A stretch of DNA of 64,000 bases from contig JALDTO010000146.1 in the NCBI GenBank assembly GCA_023515725.1, positions 682,001-746,000 on the forward strand. Direction: 5' to 3'. This document shows, in pieces, positions 24,949-38,987 of the stretch. The stretch comes from Amoeboaphelidium protococcarum X5 (Eukaryota; Fungi; Aphelidiomycota). Both the position numbers and the translations under genes were made by a program. Each line of letters opens with the position of its first letter. Position 1 is the first letter of the stretch. The notes below the pieces were generated by a model, which saw nothing but the letters and a program-made list of their open reading frames with translations, had not been told where the DNA came from and did not search any database.

Positions 24949-27495
24949 ATGATGATTAACACTGGAAAGAAGCAGTCGTAAGACAATGTTAAAAACTCTA
25001 AACTGCAGTTAGGTGTGACCACGTAGCAGCAGCAACTTCCTAAATAATTCACTACAAATGCAGCCGTGGATGTATCGATACTAAAGTCTAACACCATGCG
25101 TGATGATATCAAGTCTGAAGGTATTGGCGGCGTTAAAGATCGCAAAGGGAGATCAACAGATTCGCTGAATTAACAAGATCAGCAGTAATCAGCGGAAGCA
25201 CGAGGTGATATAGACAAGCAACTTTAGCAGTAATCTGTGATTTAAAAGTTTATCAGTCGTGTATCTAATCCATTTAAGCCTAAATTCTCTGCTCTGCTGT
25301 CAAAGTCTGAAGGAGCGCTGAGTCTATTTACCGCTGTGGATGAAACTTCCGATGCTCCGATTCACTAGACTGAGGTTATAAAGGCCCCTACTGTTATACC
25401 AGCTAATATTAAGCAAGACGTTGCTGATAAGAATGAGCCAATTATAGTTGCACCTATTAGCAAAGATGCGGAAGAAACTAGTGAGCAAGGTGAGTTGGAT
25501 GATATGGTTGGTGAAATATCTCAAGTGCAGCCATTGCCAGGGTACTTAAAGCATATCCTTCCTCTGACTGGCGAAAACTTATGCTTAAAGTTGCAAGATA
25601 ATCTATCTGATGCGTGTAAGCTGCTAATCCTAGACTTTCGCCCCTTTGCCGCGTTCAATAATTGTAGAATTGTGGACTCCGTGAACATTCATTTGCCGTC
25701 GCTGTTGATGAAGAGATTTCGACGTGGCTCGGTGTAGCATTTATCGGTGGAAACTCTCATTTGCAGTGATGATGGTAAGCGTCGCTGGAGAGAGTTGTAA
25801 AGTGCGGCGGATGAATTCCGTATTGTAATTTTGGATGACGAATTGCCTTTGAACTAAAGCGGGTGGTTGTAATTGTCAAACTCTGCCATTTCCGTAGTGA
25901 TGGCTTTAGTGGACAAGGAGCTTAACCAAGTTACCAAGTGTCGCCCGTTTTATCTGGCTGGAGGCTTTTAGGAATTTCTTGAATACAGTTAGAAATCCAG
26001 TCTTGTTCTTGGAGATTCCACATTGTCAAATGAACGCTGGATCGTGTATGGAAGTGGTGAAGACTCGGTAAAGTTGACCCTTCCTGAGAGCAAAGTTTAT
26101 GGCGGCAATAGCAATCAAGTCGCTCCACAATCGCCGTTAAAATCTGCTTCAATTCAATCAAAGAAGTTTGGTCGTAATAGTATGAGGCTGTCTATTGCTA
26201 CCCCAACTTTGCCTGTATTTGGGCTCAATTTAGGCGGTATAAGCAATTTAAGTTCCCCTTCTACCGAGTCGCCGCGTATTTAAACTCAAGTGTCCAGATC
26301 ATTTAACAGCACGAATGAGAGCTTGCAGAGCCCACTTAAGTCTGCCATGTCTTCGAATAGAAAATCGGCGCGTCTATCTCTGCTGGGACATTTGTCGTTG
26401 TACAAGTAGCACAATAGTCATCTTGCTCCCAGAAGGTCTCTCGCAATAGTTCAGGACGACAGTGAGCGTGTTCAGTCAGCTTGTGGAGGCTCTTTGGCGG
26501 ACATGTCGGAGGAATATGAAGACATGATGATGCTGGGTGAATCTAATGGACTAAGTAGCAGTCAGAAAGCATCCCCGATTGACCGCGAGACTCATCTTGA
26601 TTGTTCCAAAATTCTGGACTGGCTCTACTTAGGTGCTGATCCGACTGTATACAAAAACTCCAACTCTGGAAGTCGTCCATGTAGTCCAGTGGCCATCAAT
26701 CGACATTCCAACTGTAATTTAAATGAAGTTTGGATTTCAGTGCCGTCACCATCAATGTCCCGTCCGACATCTTTAGCTCCTAGAAGTGCTGCAATCGTCA
26801 CTGAAATGTATCAGTCATCCGATTCCGAGAGTTAACCATCATTGAAGTCGCCTCTATCCAATCCAACTGCATCCAAACGCGTCTCCTCAGTTACCACCTA
26901 GGATGAGGACCGCGTCTTTTCTTTTAATCTGCCCCTTGCGGATACCTATAAGACTCCAGAATCTGAAGTTGACTAGTCTGTGTTAATGCGTGATATTCTT
27001 CCACCTCAGAACCAGACAAGACACGGCCACATAGTTGATATTGAGGCGACAACTCTAAAGTTGAGAAATTATGGAATTTAGGCCATTGTAAATATGGCTC
27101 TTGAATGTCCTGACCTTGGACCGCATCTTACGAAAGCTGAAAATAATGGTGCTGATGGTAAAACTGCTATTCAGTACGAAAAGCTTGGTATGTGGGACAA
27201 CACGGAGGAAGACGCAGAGTAAAATGTTATTTAAGCGGCTCAGGTAATTGAGAACATTCATCTCACCGACACTCAGAAACTGATCTATGTACATTGTAAA
27301 GCTGGCAAGTCACGATCTGCAACTGTTGTTATCTTTCTATTGATGAAACTGAATGGATGGTCGGTTTCTGAAGCTTACGATTACGTGAAGATGCGGCGCC
27401 CTTGTGTCAGTCCTAATCTGGGCTTCATGAGTGTTCTCAATAAGTTAGAGCTTCGTCTTAAAGAAGACAATAGTAAACATGAGTAGGATGTATGA
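24949..27495 (+). CDS. MAP kinase phosphatase-type dual-specificity phosphatase with rhodanese-like (CH2) domain
   Basis: 848 aa; 'LILDFRPFAAFNNCRIVDSVNI', 'SKILDWLYLGA', catalytic 'VHCKAGKSRS', 'SPNLGFM'. Confidence 0.88.
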
Positions 27496-27636
27496 ACGAA
27501 CACGCAATATAGATAGTTTTTATGATCTTCTTTATGATTAGTTTTTTACCAGAGAGCTGTTAATCGCTTACTTGAATGTTCAGCTCAATCTACAATCTTA
27601 TTCTCGCCGTCTAAAATTAAGCCTGATCACATAACA

Positions 27637-29180
27637 ATGAAGTCTTTTGTATAATATAGCAACGATTCCGATTTCCCGATTTAGAACATCCCTTTTGGTG
27701 TTATTAGCACTAAAGGATCTGTAAGCGGTTACGTTAAGGCATCAGTGATTTTATATTGATAATGTTAAAGTTCGTAGGCTGACGATAAGCGCCCTGCAAG
27801 TCGCATCGGAGATTTCGCTGTTGATCTACGCGCATTGGCCAAAGCTAATATCTTTAATGGACCTTTACTGAAGCAACATGCTGTCCGTGTATTTAGCGAG
27901 GTATACTTGAGCTCTTCTAACTTTAGCATTTACTTTAATTGTCTGATCTGAGGATGATGATCCATGTTTGTAGAGCTGTTTGAATGAGTTTATGGCTCTG
28001 GGAAAGGGGGCGTGGAGAGAGGCTCGTGCCACCCTATAGAAGTTGCTGAGTGTGGACGATTAGACTCTGCAAGGTGATGAAGAGTTGAAGCGCAAAGTTT
28101 TGATTCCAATGTCTGATGTAATTGTGCATCTTCCGGCTGACATTGGAGATTACACCGACTTTTATGCGTCCAAGGAGCATGCTACCAATGTTGGCATCAT
28201 GTTTCGCGGTAAAGAGAATGCTCTGATGCCTAATTGGACACATTTGCCTGTTGGATACCATGGTCGTGCGTCTTCCATTGTTGTCTCTGGTAAGGACTTG
28301 CACCGTCCATGCGGTCAGAGAAATACTGCGCCTAAAGGTGAGCAGCCTAAAACAACTTTCGGTCCATCTTAGCGTCTGGACATTGAACTGGAGATGGCCT
28401 TCTTCATTGGAAGTGGCAATAAGCTGGGCGAATCTATCTCTGTTGACAATGCTCTGGATCACGTATTCGGCGCTGTATTGATGAACGACTGGAGTGCCCG
28501 TGATATTCAGGCTTGGGAGGTAACTTAGATTTGCATTTTTTATAAGTTCAAGACTTGACACGATCATATTATCTTATAAGAGTGTAGTATGTTCCGTTAG
28601 GACCTTTTTTGGGCAAGAACTTTGGTACCTCAATTTCACCTTGGATTGTCACAATGGACGCTTTGGAAGAGTTTAGAGTCGCTGCGCCTAAACAAGATCC
28701 TGTGCCACTGGAGTATTTGCTCCAATCTAAGGGCGGTGACAAGACGGCCTATGATATCAAACTTGGTGTCCACTTGAAAGGTAATGCCTCGTATTGTTCA
28801 ATAATCACTCATAATGCATGTAAACTTACTATGTAGCGAGTGAAAGCTAAAAGCATTCCGTAATCAGTTAGTCTAATCTGAAGCATATGTACTGGTCGGT
28901 GAGTTAGTTTGTGGCACACCACACGGTCAATGGTTGTAACTTGCGCCCCGGTGACTTGATCGCCACCGGAACTATCAGTGGACCGACTGAGGACTCTTTC
29001 GGCTCCCTTCTGGAGCTATCTTGGAGTGGAAGCAAGAAGATTGAATTAGAGGGGGGAGTGTCGCGTACATTCTTACAGGACGGCGATGAGGTCAAGCTGA
29101 CTGGATATGCTCAAGGCGAAGGCTACAGAATTGGATTTGGCGAGTGCACTGGTAAGATTCTACCTGCCAAGTTGAAATGA
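27637..29180 (+). CDS. FAH: Fumarylacetoacetase (introns ~27721-27777, 27901-27973, 28520-28587, 28781-28836)
   Basis: 'SDFPIQNIPFG', '[18 protein letters not shown]', '[11 protein letters not shown]', '[12 protein letters not shown]|YVPLGPF', 'GTISGP'. Four GT-AG introns restore the frame. Confidence 0.95.
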
Positions 29181-29345
29181 TTTCGGTTGGATAAGTGATA
29201 AGTTATCTACTGGCTGATAAGGAATGAGAACTCTAAATATACGGAAACTAATCATTATGAGAAGATGAAATGTATTCGCACTAGTCACCACATCGGTAAT
29301 ATTTTTAGATGCACCATACGCTGCAATTAAAGATACTCTCTCAAC

Positions 29346-30062
29346 TCACAAATCTTCATCTTCCTCAGGCAGAGGCTGTTGAGCAGCAGCTTCCAACTCC
29401 TTCTTGTACTGCTCCATCAGTGCAGGATCGACAGACACCTCAGGTGGAGCCAGAGCAGGACTGGCAGCAAACTCCAGATTAGGGCTGCCAGTCAACTTAC
29501 GCGCCAACCACAAGAACGGCTTCTCAAAGTTGTAGTTGGACTTGGCAGAGATATCGTAATACTGCAGATTCTTCTTGCGGTGGAACGTGATAGACTTGGC
29601 CTTCACCTTACGCTCTTTAATATCCACTTTGTTACCACACAGCACAATAGGAATGTTCTCACAGACGCGGACCAAGTCACGATGCCAGTTTGGTACATTC
29701 TTATACGTGATACGTGAGGTGACATCGAACATGATAATTGCACACTTTCCATTAATACTACACAATTAATGAAGACAGAATTCAATAAGAAATAAGAAAT
29801 TAATATAAGACACACTAGAAATATAATCTTACTAATAACCGTCGCGAAGACCACCAAACTTTTCCTATCCAGCAGTGTCCCAAGTGTCAAATCTGATCGG
29901 TCCAAAGTTGGTGGTGAAATTCAAAGGATGCACCTCGACACCGAGAGTGGCCACATATTTCTTTTCAAACTCACCAGTCAAGTGACGCTTTACAAAAGTA
30001 GTCTTTCCCGTACCACCGTCTCCCACTAGAACTAATTTAAAAGTAGGTGTATTGTCAGCCAT
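29346..30062 (-). CDS. GSP1: Ran GTPase (intron ~29758-29832)
   Basis: 'GDGGTGKT', 'WDTAGQEKFG' (catalytic Q encoded by TAG at 29865-29867), 'NKVD', acidic 'EEDEDL' end. Confidence 0.97.
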
Positions 30063-30581
30063 TTTCACTATAATAACTATCTACTGAATAGAATAATATA
30101 TAAGAAGACTCGTTCTCCTCGCTTCAGCACAGAACAAGGATGCGAATGACACGCTGCTGAAAGACGCGAGAACTGTTGAGAACTTCGTCTGCGTCTCTGA
30201 GGGGTACAAATTATTGAGCCTGCATACGCGCGTTTCTCTTTTTCAGATGAGTCCCGCTCGGTTTCACTCTTTTCACTGGTTTGTCGTTGTAGATGAATCG
30301 CCTCTGCGCAAGGAAAGATTGAATGGCTTTGATCGAATTGGAAATTTCGGTTTGGGTCATCTTTGAATGATTGGATAAAACGCTCAACCCAGATTGCTGG
30401 TCCACTCGTTTCACTTTCATCTTTCTATTCAATAATCAATTCTTTTATTAAAGTACTGTATTCTAAACGGATATTCATATGGGGAAAGTGACGTGTATTT
30501 CTTTAAATTTAAAATAACAGTTAAGAATGCTAGTTATCAGAAAAGATACAACTACACTATATAATATATAAAAAGTCTAAT

Positions 30582-31490
30582 TCAAAACATTCCAGTAACC
30601 TTAGTCACGATAATGACAATGACGATTAGCATTAGGAGACAGAACATGATAAAGCACATCTTTTTACGTGATTTTTTCTGCATCTTCACAGCCTTCTTCA
30701 TCTCTTCTACACCTTTATTCGTATGCTCTGCAGCACTAGCGACGTACGTTTCAATCTGATTGATCATTTCACCTTGTGCGTCCACCAGAACGGCCATATC
30801 CAAGAACATTTAATGCAGCTCTAACACAGACTTTTCAATTTTCATAATATCCTAATGTCTCTCTTGAATATCATATAGTGCCTTCTTTGCCTCTGCATGC
30901 TACGCGCCCATAAGAACTTACTGCGCAAACATTTGACCTCCATCAGCTCCCTCCTCAATCGCCCGCTCAATCTCATCAGTGGTCGCATTTGGCTTCACAA
31001 TTTTATACTGACGTTCCAGTCTATCCTTGTACTTGTTCTTATACTTATTTTGCATTTGCTAGTACTCAGTCACAACTTCAATAAACTTCTTAGTCACATT
31101 AGTGTGCTGCGACAATCTAATTCTTTGCTCTGAGGTCAAGTTTTGTTTCTGTGGATCAGCGCCAGCCTTCTTGTTTTAACTTTCCATCACTTTGATTCTG
31201 TTACGAGCGTTCTAGATTGAGACATTAGCCTCATCCATCAGTGCATCTAGTTTAGATTAATGATCCTTCTAATCGGAGATGGCAGTAAGTGCTTTGGAAT
31301 GAAACTATTCTATATCTTGCACCTTGTGTTTGATTGCATTAACAGCAATTTTAATCTCATCAACCTCTGTGAAAAACTCTTGAAGATTAGCCATCTCGCC
31401 ACCGGAAGGCTGGTCGATGTCAATTGTTGTATCAGCAGTCTTGCTAACACCATCAGGCCCTTTAATATCTAAAAGTCTATCACGAGGCAT
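30582..31490 (-). CDS. SSO1: Plasma-membrane syntaxin (Sso1/2-like Qa-SNARE)
   Basis: 'MPRDRL', Habc region, '[38 protein letters not shown]', C-terminal transmembrane segment. Confidence 0.9.
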
Positions 31491-31713
31491 ATTCCCTGGT
31501 GTGATTATTATAATTGTTTCAGTTTACTTGAGCGAGTATGTTTCAGCGGGATGAAATCAATTGGTTGCCATGCGCCCATTGAGTTTGGAACCGAGTTCAT
31601 CCAATCGTCGTCAAGGGAAGTATGAACATTACAATTTTCGAAGTTGTGACTGCGAAGTAAGTCATGTTAAAAACTGGAAAGTAAAGCTTACACTATTTAT
31701 AATCAGTAAACGT

Positions 31714-34542
31714 TCATTCAAAAGCGCCCTTGATCACGGCAGCCTGCTCCTTCTTATATACAGTGGAAATTCCAGTGGCACAGGCGGCGTAAGGCTTTCT
31801 ACCAACATATTTCACCTGCTTACCATGCAGAGCTTTCACTAAGCGCGGACCCACAAAATCAAAAGCCCCCATATTACGCGGCTCTTCTTGGCAATAGATA
31901 AACTGATTCGCATTCGGATATTGTGATACAACTTTCTGTATGTGCTCTGCAGGAAATGGGCATAGTTCCTCTATTCTGACGAGAGAGACCTTTTCATCAA
32001 GAGATCTAGACGCACGCTCCTTTACCAAATCGTAGTACAGTTTTCCAGAGACAAATACAACTCTCTCGATTCTTTCAAAACTTCCATCTGCACGATCATT
32101 AAGCACGGGCTACCACGAAGTTTACGGTGCCATATCGCTGAGATTTGATACAGCTTAAGGAGATTTGAGCAGAGTTTTCGGACCAATGACAACCAATGGC
32201 TTTCTAAATGGGCGAACGATCTGGCGTCTCAAAGCATGGAAATACTGAGCCGGAGTAGTTGGGTTAATCACGTGCCAGTTTATGTTGCCCGGATGCTGAT
32301 CTGAATCATGCAGATATTGATCATCAGAGCATTGAAGAAATCTCTCCATTCTACAAGTAGAGTGTTCTGGGCCAGCACCATCGTAACCATGAGGCAGCAA
32401 TACAACCAATCCACTCTATCTCAACCACTTTTATTCACCGCTGCTGATATATGTATCAAAAATGACTTGAGCACCGTTAAAAAAATCGCCAAATTACGCT
32501 TCCCAGATGTTCAAATTCTTTGGGCTCTCCAAACTATACCCATATTCAAAGCCAAGCACCGCAAACTCACTAAGACTCGAATTGGCCACTTCCAACTTGG
32601 CTTTTAATCCCTCAATTTCATTCAAAGGTATAATTGTCTTCTCAGTGTTCTAGTCTACCAACATTGCATGGCGTTAACTAAAAGTCCCACGACCCACATC
32701 TTGACCAGATATTCTAACATTGATACCTTGTTTTAGTAAAGAGCCAAACGCAAGAGCCTCCGCAGTGGCCCAATCAACACCACTACCACTTTCAATGCTC
32801 TTCAATCTGCTATTAACATGAAACTTTTCTAATCTTGGGTGAATTGTCATACCAGCTGGCACCTTCACACTTGCCTCACCGACAGACTTTAGTTCATCCA
32901 AATCAACACCAGAATCAATGACACTTATAGTCTCAACTGGATGTTACATTCCATCCCATCGCCCTTTCAAGTGTTCAGATTTAGGCTGGTAAGTATTCGC
33001 AGCCTCCAGGTGCTTATCCAACTTGTCAAAATACTAATCACGGAACGCCTTAACATCGGTGTCTTTAACGACTTCCTCTTTGATCAATCTCTGCTCATAC
33101 GTCTCAGGTACACTTTAGCGACCTCTGATTTTTTAATACATAAGAGGCTGGGTAAATGCAGGCTCATCCAATTCATTATGCCCCCATCTTCTGTAAGTGA
33201 TCACGTCTAGAATGACATCACGCCTAAACTTCATTCTGTATTCAAGCGCCAGTGAGGCAGCATAAGCAACCTCTTCTGCATGATCCCCATTAACATGTAT
33301 AACAGGAGCATTGATCATCTTTCCAACGTCAGAAGCATAAATAGAGCTTCTACTATTAATAGCTGGAGTAGTATACCCAATTTGATTATTAACCACCACA
33401 TGAATAGAGCCACCAATAGAGAAATGAGGTAGATTAGACAATCCAAGAGTTTCCATCACAACACCTTGTCCAGTGAAGGCAGAATCACCATGCAATTGAA
33501 TACACATCACTCGATCGCCCAGAGTACATTCCAAACCTTCAGAGTTGGTGTCGAGCATGTACATTTATTTAGCTCTCGCTTTGCCCATAGCCACCGGATT
33601 AACAGCTTCAAGATGAGAAGGATTCGGGAGCATCGTGACTTTCAATTTACGCGTATCGCTCTATCCGTACTGTAATTAAACAGATTTGAACAAATGGCTG
33701 AGAACATCTCCAGACACTTTAAGCTCTTCAGGAAACTCGCTGTGACCTTTAATCTTATGAAATATGGCAGTAGGATCGTACTGGAATAAGTCAGTCAGCA
33801 GATTCAAACGTCCTCGATGTGGCATACATACCACAACTTCTTTCACACTATTCTGCGATGAAGATTTAAACAGATTATCCAGGGCAATCATCATACTTTC
33901 AGCTCCCTCGAGTCCATATCTCTTCACCTGCGGGAACTTTTTGGTCATAAACTGATCAAAAATTTCGCTCTTGATGAGCAACTCCAGGATTCTACGCTTC
34001 TCATTGCTTGTGAAGCGGCGCTTATCAAAAGATTCAATCATGTTTGCAAACCATCTTCTCTCAGCAATATTAGGGATGTGCCTGAACTCATACGCAATCT
34101 TACCACAGTACGTCTTGTCGAGATGCTTTACAATTTACTCAATTGAGGCGCGCTCCTTTGGTAATGACGGATCATCCTTCTTTCCAATGTGAACAATACC
34201 GCTAAGATTATAAGTGACACCAGGCTTGTCCAAGCCATACCTAGCAGGATCCAGCTCCGGAACTCTGCTCTACTTCTGAATACCAAGTGGATCCAAGTCT
34301 GCAGCCAAATGTCCATAAGATCTGTAGGCATAAACCAGTCGAAAGAGATTAGCATTATTGTTTCTGTTCAACTGCTCTTCCATACTGTAATCCGGCATGC
34401 GAAAATCTCTGGAAACTCTGTACCCGTAAATGTCTTTCTCATACTGGGTATCAGTAGTTTTCTTGATGGACATTAGTCTAGAATGGTTGAGGAATTAAAT
34501 TGCATCACCCCATAAGCTCTATTTAGCTCTAGCCAGAAGCAT
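31714..34542 (-). CDS. DHTKD1: 2-oxoadipate/2-oxoglutarate dehydrogenase E1, DHTKD1-like
   Basis: 942 aa; '[10 protein letters not shown]', '[10 protein letters not shown]', '[10 protein letters not shown]', '[12 protein letters not shown]', '[11 protein letters not shown]', '[13 protein letters not shown]'. Confidence 0.85.
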
Positions 34543-34947
34543 ACTTGTGTCTTTATGCTCTAGGTAAGAAAATATTAAAGTAAAGAGGAAGCAGTATACA
34601 CTGTAGTGGTAGGTTCGATTAAAACTATCAATTGTAGTGCATTTTGAGGAAGAAAGAATTTAGGCGACCTGAAACAAAAGCGCTGTGAGAGAAATGTCGC
34701 CGAGCTGAGCGAAACGGTTAGCCTTGTGATCGTCGCGTAAAGTCACTGATCGTCAGGAGTGCTGGATGGAATTGTATGGCTAAATTGTACCTTATGTAGC
34801 CTATGTGGCTTTGTCTACAGCAATATAACACGTTCCCTGATGTAAACGGCGCATAAAAAAACCATGAGCATTATAGAGATAATTTTATCATTAAAGGTAT
34901 TTTGTCATCCTTCATAAGCAGTATCATCATTACAGTAACGGATGGTA

Positions 34948-36228
34948 TCAATTTTATTGAATAAGGCCAACATGGGCTGCAGCATTGTGTTCAACATTGA
35001 TCCGACCTGCAATGCTTTGTGTGGACAATCCACGCTTCTTAAGACCTCCGCCAGATTTAGAGCCTTTACTTGGTTTAGCGCCTCCGCTTGGTTTGGGGCC
35101 ACCAGTAGACACGCTAGATGGTTTACTTACTTGAGGCTTAGCGCCTGCAGTAGCGGCTGGTTTTATTGAAGCTTTAGATGCGGCACCTGCACCACCAACA
35201 GAAGATTGACTTGGACCGGCGGTAGAGGGCTTAGTAAGCGAGCTTTTAGCACCGGTTGCAGCTTATGCTACACTTTGGGCAGCAGTGTTAAACTTATTAG
35301 TAGCGGTATCTTTCACTTGACTTGCAACATTGAGAGGGTTGAACGATGCACCTCCTGAATTTGCTTCTTTGCTAGCTGAGAATGGGCCAAAAGACGCTGA
35401 AGGGCCAGACGTGCCACTAGGTCCATTAGCTGCAGCTGGTTATGGCTGACCAAAAGATAATCCACCTCCGAAAGGTGAGGATATTTGTCCAAATGGGCCG
35501 CCTGCCCCTACACCGCCACTGACAGATCCCCAAGGACTTGAGACGGATCCTCCGGCTCCATTTGCTCCAGCACCACCGGTAACTGTACCGAGTCCGCCAG
35601 GCGCGCTTAAAGTGCCCCCGGTACTTGATGCATCAGTAGCACCTTAAGCACCAGCATCACCTGAAGATATCGAACCGAATGGTCCGGAGAGAGAACCTTG
35701 TAACCCGCCAGGAGTTACACTGCCTGAAAGACCGCCTAAACCACCAGGGGCTTACAGTGAACCAGAAACTCCTTCTGGTGTAGCTGCACCTTCAGCTGAG
35801 GCACCAGCACCACCCAAACTGCCAGATACTCCACCAGGGGAAGCACTGCCAGAAGCAAAATTTGCGGGTCTGCTTTCAATACCTGGAGCGCTATCCTCCG
35901 AAACACCAGCTTACTGAGGCTGACCAGACGGTTAAGAAACTAGGCCGAATGTACCATCAGGTCCATTGGCTTCACCGAAAACTCGTCCATCAGTAGTGGC
36001 TGCACCGGAGACTTCGCCAGTACCAGGGACACCTTGAGCAAAACCTTAGACGCCTGCATTCGGATCAACAGATCCTCCAATAGACGCGCCAGTGAAGGGA
36101 TCACTGAGTCCTCCAGACAAACCATTAGAGAAGAGATTTTACAATTAGTTAAAGAAATTAAATTAGCCGTAAACAGATGAGGATATCAGCAGAGTCTGAG
36201 CAATAACAACGGAATGTGAGAATTTCAT
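34948..36228 (-). CDS. Secreted Gly/Ser/Ala/Pro-rich low-complexity protein
   Basis: 426-aa ORF; signal-peptide-like 'MKFSHSVVIAQTLLISSSVYG'; imperfect GSxxxP(G/F/W)G repeats. Confidence 0.8.
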
Positions 36229-36757
36229 TTTAAGATTAGGTATACAATTTAAAACCTTTAAATCAGGAGTGGGATACTAAGATGATAGTAGACAGAAGAG
36301 AAGTGATGATGGTGTAGTCTGTATTGCTTGATAAATCGGTTGTGTTTAAAATGTGACATTACCGCCCAATGGTGAACGATGCAACGTTGCGTCGCCAATC
36401 AGTGTGATTGAGTCTGTGTCACACTCCCAAACAGCGCACAATTTAGTAGAACTCTTCAGCTAATATGAATGATTTCTGAAGCATGTATCATACGAGACAG
36501 TAGTCGGACTAGACTAGTTACACATTGCGCAAAATAGAATCACCAAACTCGATAAACCGCTTTAAGCATAGCTTCTACATCTTACATAGCAATCGTAATA
36601 GTGTAAGTGAACAATAAGGTATTTAACATTCACCACTATAAAATTAAATTTTAAATATCATATCAATGCGTCATGACAATTTAAAAAATGCAGTGCTTGT
36701 CAACTGATGCAATAAAAGAAGTAAGCTCCATTACTCAACTGTTATCACATGTACTTT

Positions 36758-37876
36758 TCACCTTAATCCATCTATATCACACCTTGAGACACTTCTACAA
36801 ATAAGCTATTGATTGCCCGAGTGCTACCTTAGAAGAATGCCAGCCTCAGCAAGTAGAGCCCTCGACTAATCATCCATAGCGTACTCAAGTCGGTATACTA
36901 CTTCTCTCACGCCAGACTACACAATCTTCTTGGCACAGCTCAAACACGGGCAGGTATTACAGTACAATATGGTGCCATGGTGCGATGCAGATTCCCTATG
37001 ATGATATGAAATGTCGATTCTATCCCTACCCGCCTCTAACAGAGCATTCTCCTCCGCATGTAAACACAGGCACTCTTCCAAACCGAATCCTCTGTTTGAC
37101 GTAATATACTTATTGTCGCTATTAGCATCAGTGCTTGAACCATCATTACAACGTTTGCAACCACCCTCATTGCAATTCCTCACTCCACGCGGTGTGCCAT
37201 TATACCCAGTTGCGATTACACGGTTGTTACGAACCAAAATGCAACCGACGCGTCTCTTCATGCAGTTTGAGCGATGGGCGGCGAGATCAGCAAGCATCAT
37301 AAAATAGTCGTCCCAATGAGGTCTGAGAATAGTGGATAGTGACAATTTATTAGGAAATTGACGCGCCAGACTCTTGTGTAGCTCTGGGATACTTTCATAG
37401 TCATTCTATATAACAAGGTCTGCCGTATACATCAATTAAGACTGCTTAAACGATCGTTCAGCATTAGCATCCCTTTGTACGAAATCTTGCAGCGGACCTT
37501 TGTGACTTTAACTACAGTGCCTCTTAAATCGCACATCAATACAAGAATCGACAAGGACTTTCATAAAAAATGGACGTCTTTCCAACCTATACAGAATTTA
37601 CAAAAGCATTTAATTTAAATCACTGTCCACATGTCGAGGTAGTAACACAATTATATCCTTTTTCCAAACACCTCCTCGCATTAAAAACGTATCGAGAACG
37701 GTTACTGGTAATTGACTCTCCCTTGATGAACCAGCTGCTCCATCATACAATTCAGACTATTTTTGAGGCCTAGATTAAATTAGATTCACAATTTCATCAA
37801 ACTACAGTTAATCTCTCAACCATGTTGCAACAGTGCGTTTACCACTTTACTATAGACCGAATATGAAAAGTAGCAT
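36758..37876 (-). CDS. DCD1: dCMP deaminase with fungal-type N-terminal P-loop-like domain
   Basis: 'RPHWDDYFM..ADLAAHRSNCMKRRVG', 'TGYNGTP', 'CLHAEENAL', 'PCLSC'. Confidence 0.93.
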
Positions 37877-38014
37877 CTTTATTTGACTATACGGTACTCT
37901 AATTCACCACGTTCTTTATTTCAATCAGAGTGAAAGAGAAGGCTTAAAATACAAAAATGGGTGGTAGTGTATCTACAAAATAAAATCAGAAATGAGTAAA
38001 AAGCTTATAATTAA

Positions 38015-38776
38015 TCATTTATTCTTCTTGGTATCACTTTTGACACCATTAGCGGTGGCAGCGGATTACTTGGACTTGCCCAGGGTGCGAAAGATGTAAA
38101 ATATCGCCACAGTTAGAACGGCAACGAGTAGAACAAACACCAGAGCCTCCACACCGACATTGACACCTCCTTTGACATTCAACATGGACACTGAGTACGC
38201 GCTAATATTCTTCACAAACAGGTGCAAATTTCCCAGCAGATAGCCGCACCATCCAACAGTCTTGCCCACCAATGAGAATGGACTCCATATATATGCTGGA
38301 GACCATGGCGCAATCTTCTCCCACTGCTTGTCCACAATGAATTGATATAACACTTTAGCATCCCTGCCACTGGATCCACTCTACTTGCCCTTTTGCACAA
38401 AGTAAGAATCTCTAAAATCGACCGATCTCACAGTTCTATTGTGTATGTGATACAGAGACGGGAGGTAGGATACATAGAAGCGAGAGGCGACACCCGGGTT
38501 CTAATCGATATCAACCTGGCCAATTTTGATAAAATTCTACTTATTCTCAGTAAGACGATCATCCAATTCATAATATTAAGTCTTGAATTATCTACAATAT
38601 CCACACCAGTTGGCATATAATAGTATCAGCCATTCTGAACTCGCATTGGTACCACTTTGAACCTCACCAGGCGAACCAACAACCAAATCTTCAAAGTTGG
38701 AATCTGTAATTTCCACCACAGTCCCACAGACACAGTAGATTAAATAAATAAATAGAAGAATTATTCTGTAGAGCAT
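38015..38776 (-). CDS. Thioredoxin-related transmembrane ER protein (TMX-like)
   Basis: Signal peptide, 'YANWCGYC', C-terminal transmembrane segment and KKxx-type ending 'KKNK' TGA. Confidence 0.82.
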
Positions 38777-38987
38777 AATGTATTAACTATTTGAATGAAT
38801 AAATTCTTATCAAGAGGAAGACGGAACAGTTGGGGATGTTTAACGTTATACTGTAGGAGAAATGAAAGAACGCGCCTCGCTTAGAATAACTTTCGATCTC
38901 GCAGTTAAAACAATATTAATACATTGGAACGTGCATTTAAGGTGAATAATAATAATCATTGCCGGAATATATCTGAATAAGTATATT

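Noticed and set aside
30211-30432. Small ORF upstream of Ran
   Set aside because: No recognisable motif; lies in probable promoter/UTR sequence.
4237-34542. IDO, FAH and DHTKD1 as an amino-acid catabolism cluster
   Set aside because: Separated by many unrelated genes and not a single pathway.
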